A stretch of 38,035 nucleotides of DNA from Saprospirales bacterium (GTDB lineage: Bacteria; Bacteroidota; Bacteroidia; Chitinophagales; Saprospiraceae): the NCBI GenBank assembly GCA_043753125.1, contig JAYUXG010000610.1, forward strand, positions 1-38,035, in the 5' to 3' direction. The notes under the pieces were generated by a model. It was not told the origin of the DNA, ran no database searches, and saw only the letters and a list, made by a program, of their open reading frames with translations. Shown piece after piece: positions 35,901 through 38,035 of this stretch (its first letter is position 1; each line of letters opens with the position of its first letter). The position numbers and the translations under genes were made by a program.

Positions 35901-38035
35901 CGGATGGCAGGTCAAGGCCTGTCCAATGGAAAGAATAGGGCGGGATGCCGCCTTTCACGGTCAGGTCGATGCTGCCGTTCTTGGTGTTTGGGCAGGGATG
36001 CGCTACCGCCGGGTTGCCGACTTGCAGGGGCATATCCGGCACCACGGTCGGCACCTCGAAACATCGGACCACGCTGCAATCAGACCCCGCAGCGGTGATG
36101 GTCACGCAGTAGGTGCCGGGCGCAAGGTGTGCTCTTTCCGAGTAATAGGCATTGTGGTCCTCGGTGCCGTCCTCCCAGGCGAAATCGTACTGATCGCCTC
36201 CCGTATCGTTGGCATACACCCCGAGGTAGCCACTTTCGCCATTGTCGCAGGAGGGCAAGATCACTGGCTCCACTGCCGGGGAATGTTCGGACTGCACCTC
36301 GAAACACTGCGAGCCAGTACACCCGTGGGCATCCGTAGCCACCAGGCAGTAGGTGCCGGGGCCAATATCCGTGGGTTCGCCACTGAGTGGGTTGCCGTCC
36401 GCGTCGAACCATTGCCGGGTATAAGGCGGTACTCCACCGCTCTGACTTAGGCTCAGTACCTTGATCACCCCGTCGGTGGCATCGCAGGCCGATGGTGCCG
36501 ACACGATGGCATTCACTTCCAGCTGGATGGCCGGGCAGGGTTGCAGGGCAAACGACTGCACGGATACACAGTGATAGGCATCCGTGACGGTGCATTTATA
36601 ATTGCCGACTGCCAGACCAGAGAACGGGTTGGCACTGGTCCCATTGTCCCACTGGATTTGATACGGCTCCATGCCATTGGTCATGGTCAGCGAGATCGCT
36701 CCATTCGCCATACCCGATGTCGGGTAATGCACATCGGCTACTACCTGCAAGAGGCACTCCCCTACCTCGATACAATCGTAAAAAGAACAGCAGTCGTACT
36801 TTACCTCTACGCAGTACAGCCCCGCTGGCAGGTCGGCCAAGTCTTGGGAATCGCCGACCTCCTCGCCCACCGCATTGGTCCACCGGAAGGTCATGCCGTC
36901 GGTGTTGCCTGCGATAATCATCTTGATGGAACCGGTCTTTTCACCCGGTGCGGAACTGGTAATATCGTAGGTTACTTCATTGGAGGTAAAGCAAGGTGGA
37001 CCGTTGGATTCGCTTTGATTGGACGCGACCACCATATGGCAGTTGCCCACCCGGAACTTATGCACAGCATCGGCTCCCTGTGCCGGACCAGCAGACCAAG
37101 AATTGGCACCAGTCCGATGTGGCACGTAAAAAGTCGAACCAGTACCAGTATTGCAGGTAGAAGGTTCAGGCAAATCTAGTAGCCGATTACCCTGCCCTAC
37201 TGCATTACCCTGCAAATCTTCTCCTTCAAAAAATACTTCATAACACGCATCTTCGATAAAGTTAATTGTGCTGAATTGAAATTGCCAGCGCGTATTGTCC
37301 GAACCAGGCACCGTCGTCCCTACCACAAAATTATTGACAAAGGGTGGTAGTTTAGCTTTTACCACACGCATTGGTTCGCTGGCTACCGCATAGATGGTTA
37401 CTACTTGATTAAATATAGATAATGGGTTTTTACGGGTTCCCCCTGCCAAGCGGAGCTGGCCTGCCGTTGCGTCTTGGCTGTTCCACTCCCGATAGTATAT
37501 CTGTTCATCATTTGATCCTCCACTGCCGGAGTAGATGCCTACAGAACGGATAAAGGGTTTGAAGTTGTCTATTTTGAAATTGACCGGATTTAGAATTTCA
37601 TAAGGGTTACCATCAATATCAGTTACTTTTGATTTAATCTCGTAATTACCATCTACATAACGAGCGTCCCAAGGGTAACTGGCTAAAGAAAGAGACGTCC
37701 CCATCTGATGGGTTTTCTCAATACGCAAATAGAAATCTGGAAAAAGATAATAATCATGTGGGTGTCCATTCCCAATTGTAAAAGTTCCTACCGAATTTGT
37801 TCCAGTAATATTATCACCGTTAGATCGATAAGCAAATGGCACTATTCCCATGCTATTCTGTGACAAATCGCCATAAGAATTGATAATTGTGGTTGGAGTA
37901 ATCTGTGCTTGGCCTTGCGGGTCAATTACGAATTTAGGGGTGCAGAAGCGATTTGTCCCCCCCCCCTTCATGATTTTATGAGGTTGTTGATCATGATATT
38001 CCAACGGAATGCAAGCAGTATTCCCCGTAGGAAGT
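32926..38035 (-). CDS. giant T9SS cargo protein (more than 1700 aa, 5' end outside the window) with SprB-type repeats and a type-A C-terminal sorting domain
   Basis: The frame stays open from the tracked TTG at 38004 to the window edge (…LPTGNTACIPLEYHDQ). No signal peptide lies inside the window. SprB-like units (PYxxxWxxG...GxYxVTVTD.xGC) are encoded around 35600-36900. C-terminus is EVYPNPFSGELMVRKL...GIYIIRITN. Confidence 0.85.
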   Translation of the reverse strand, partial: LPTGNTACIPLEYHDQQPHKIMKGGGTNRFCTPKFVIDPQGQAQITPTTIINSYGDLSQNSMGIVPFAYRSNGDNITGTNSVGTFTIGNGHPHDYYLFPDFYLRIEKTHQMGTSLSLASYPWDARYVDGNYEIKSKVTDIDGNPYEILNPVNFKIDNFKPFIRSVGIYSGSGGSNDEQIYYREWNSQDATAGQLRLAGGTRKNPLSIFNQVVTIYAVASEPMRVVKAKLPPFVNNFVVGTTVPGSDNTRWQFQFSTINFIEDACYEVFFEGEDLQGNAVGQGNRLLDLPEPSTCNTGTGSTFYVPHRTGANSWSAGPAQGADAVHKFRVGNCHMVVASNQSESNGPPCFTSNEVTYDITSSAPGEKTGSIKMIIAGNTDGMTFRWTNAVGEEVGDSQDLADLPAGLYCVEVKYDCCSFYDCIEVGECLLQVVADVHYPTSGMANGAISLTMTNGMEPYQIQWDNGTSANPFSGLAVGNYKCTVTDAYHCVSVQSFALQPCPAIQLEVNAIVSAPSACDATDGVIKVLSLSQSGGVPPYTRQWFDADGNPLSGEPTDIGPGTYCLVATDAHGCTGSQCFEVQSEHSPAVEPVILPSCDNGESGYLGVYANDTGGDQYDFAWEDGTEDHNAYYSERAHLAPGTYCVTITAAGSDCSVVRCFEVPTVVPDMPLQVGNPAVAHPCPNTKNGSIDLTVKGGIPPYSFHWTGLDLPSDQEDQAGLGEGTYTVTVTDYCGASVFKNIVLKPLEIKLLQAVSGCRGKGKVYVVVSNGNPPYSYAWSNGAVASELTDVNTNDYCVTVTDARGCQVAQCVHLQNIEAVETGRVNVCSGIGQSGSVTYAIFNPLNEKVQVFNESIQVGPISTQSNFAVTIGQLSGNISYHVEIRIGQCVEHFVVRLAIADLSRKFNHFDGTSCVYDLYCHGELIEEEGLKETPGFDFGNATNHPCAVERFCGTQSVGWIEMNKKTVRALEYGMMLNTALQGNLYPDDYIEQLINLFNSKNLDNCDKVKYCEATLEITFTPLPIHGDGTITPWTDNCVKLDCGLFYDEILCGKLPEGIDLSNFNLDCEARRYNALQLIYWYDQMKAAHPDFEFSDLGKLVKKLTDLYNSNDPNGYKVRCMFVTYCRFNFEVISVTDIETVACSDPLSAEPGVVSGCQLQQYEDEPDVIVCPNYEGEELLFPIPIDEIYDKTYNLSSPGGESTHVFNPANGASDFLKNFGFVRSEGASNPKGLLQSADGKTSTLDYTYKMRFESRQKAPDFLFYEDNWDTETLVYMEKIDANKISLHCETPQNTWEHVFSSNDLLMVAAMAQSDGQIVVTGTFRGNLNFDAVTMQTSSTLAGFIAVVGLDGVITNLQTIQNVKADSKLEVRAGDGNFLVSGTSNSTWVSLNGQGQLALNAGGMFTFQLADQNPLQLAVSSLSTSGTVRFVKSISPDDYSRTTYLFQGIGSVNYKSTAYTLSTDGLVLLTLDKNGALLWVKKIILPVIEGEVDVTYDGEYDVYLAMTFTGSLNMDGQVLVSGGGKDILLGKINKNGIYEAIKTYGSPDDEVVKKCFFNSSILYFGGEYAGLTTKRQLGHSTYIRLGNNADPLTTKAYMGYLLEEELAAFGTSAPRGANANREMPPEVYPNPFSGELMVRKLSSLPNEYLIRVFDVLGNLVVQQQEKAETGVNEYRVKNILPMQPGIYIIRITNSQGIEWAQKVVKN
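37957..37966 (-). repeat. homopolymeric tract, C10 on the plus strand (G10 on the coding strand)
   Basis: Counted directly: atttgtCCCC CCCCCCttca. It encodes K-G-G-G within the giant ORF. Confidence 0.95.

Noticed and set aside
37969-37971. ATG immediately upstream of the G10 tract as the true start of the giant gene (classical phase-variable start geometry)
   Set aside because: The resulting N-terminus (MKGGGTNRFCTPKF…) has no signal peptide, which a T9SS cargo needs. The frame remains open upstream to the window edge, so the real start is most likely outside the window.
1-38035. Mobile elements, prophage, integrons, rRNA or tRNA genes
   Set aside because: I found no transposase, integrase or phage-like ORF translations, no terminal inverted repeats bracketing a gene, and no T-loop-like GGTTCGAATCC motifs or rRNA-like stretches. 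A tRNA or small RNA could still be missed by eye.

Overview
This is a 38-kb chromosomal segment that looks like Bacteroidota. Three large secreted proteins carry type-A T9SS C-terminal sorting domains (xVYPNPxxxxL motif), two of them have SprB-type repeats, and TAnnTTTG -7-like boxes lie upstream of several genes. GC is about 55-60% with sharp local drops.

Housekeeping genes: a TraB/GumN-like gene, nudK, trmB, lspA, dcd, ugd, a CoA-binding protein, a PAP2/haloperoxidase-like lipoprotein and a SAM methyltransferase. Envelope and surface genes: the T9SS cargo proteins, OmpA-like and DUF6089-like outer-membrane proteins, a BlaI / BlaR1(M56)-TonB module and a secreted MORN-repeat orthocaspase. 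Signalling: a 1365-aa tandem-cyclase / STAND P-loop / TPR protein translationally coupled to an orphan DppB-like permease.

I recognised no rRNA, tRNA, CRISPR array, transposase or integrase.

Most notable:
- A G8 tract sits exactly at the frame break of a split lipoprotein gene, and a G10 tract lies inside a giant adhesin gene.
- The BlaR1-TonB gene is interrupted by an in-frame TAA.
- A spacer-less 30-bp tandem array lies at the left edge.
- Degenerate GCAATAG/CTATTGC heptamer-array hairpins lie between two convergent gene pairs.
- One intact ORF has a central portion about 25 GC points lower than its ends.

I did not find a clear-cut new multi-gene system. The cyclase-STAND-permease operon and the orthocaspase/lipoprotein neighbourhood are the best candidates.
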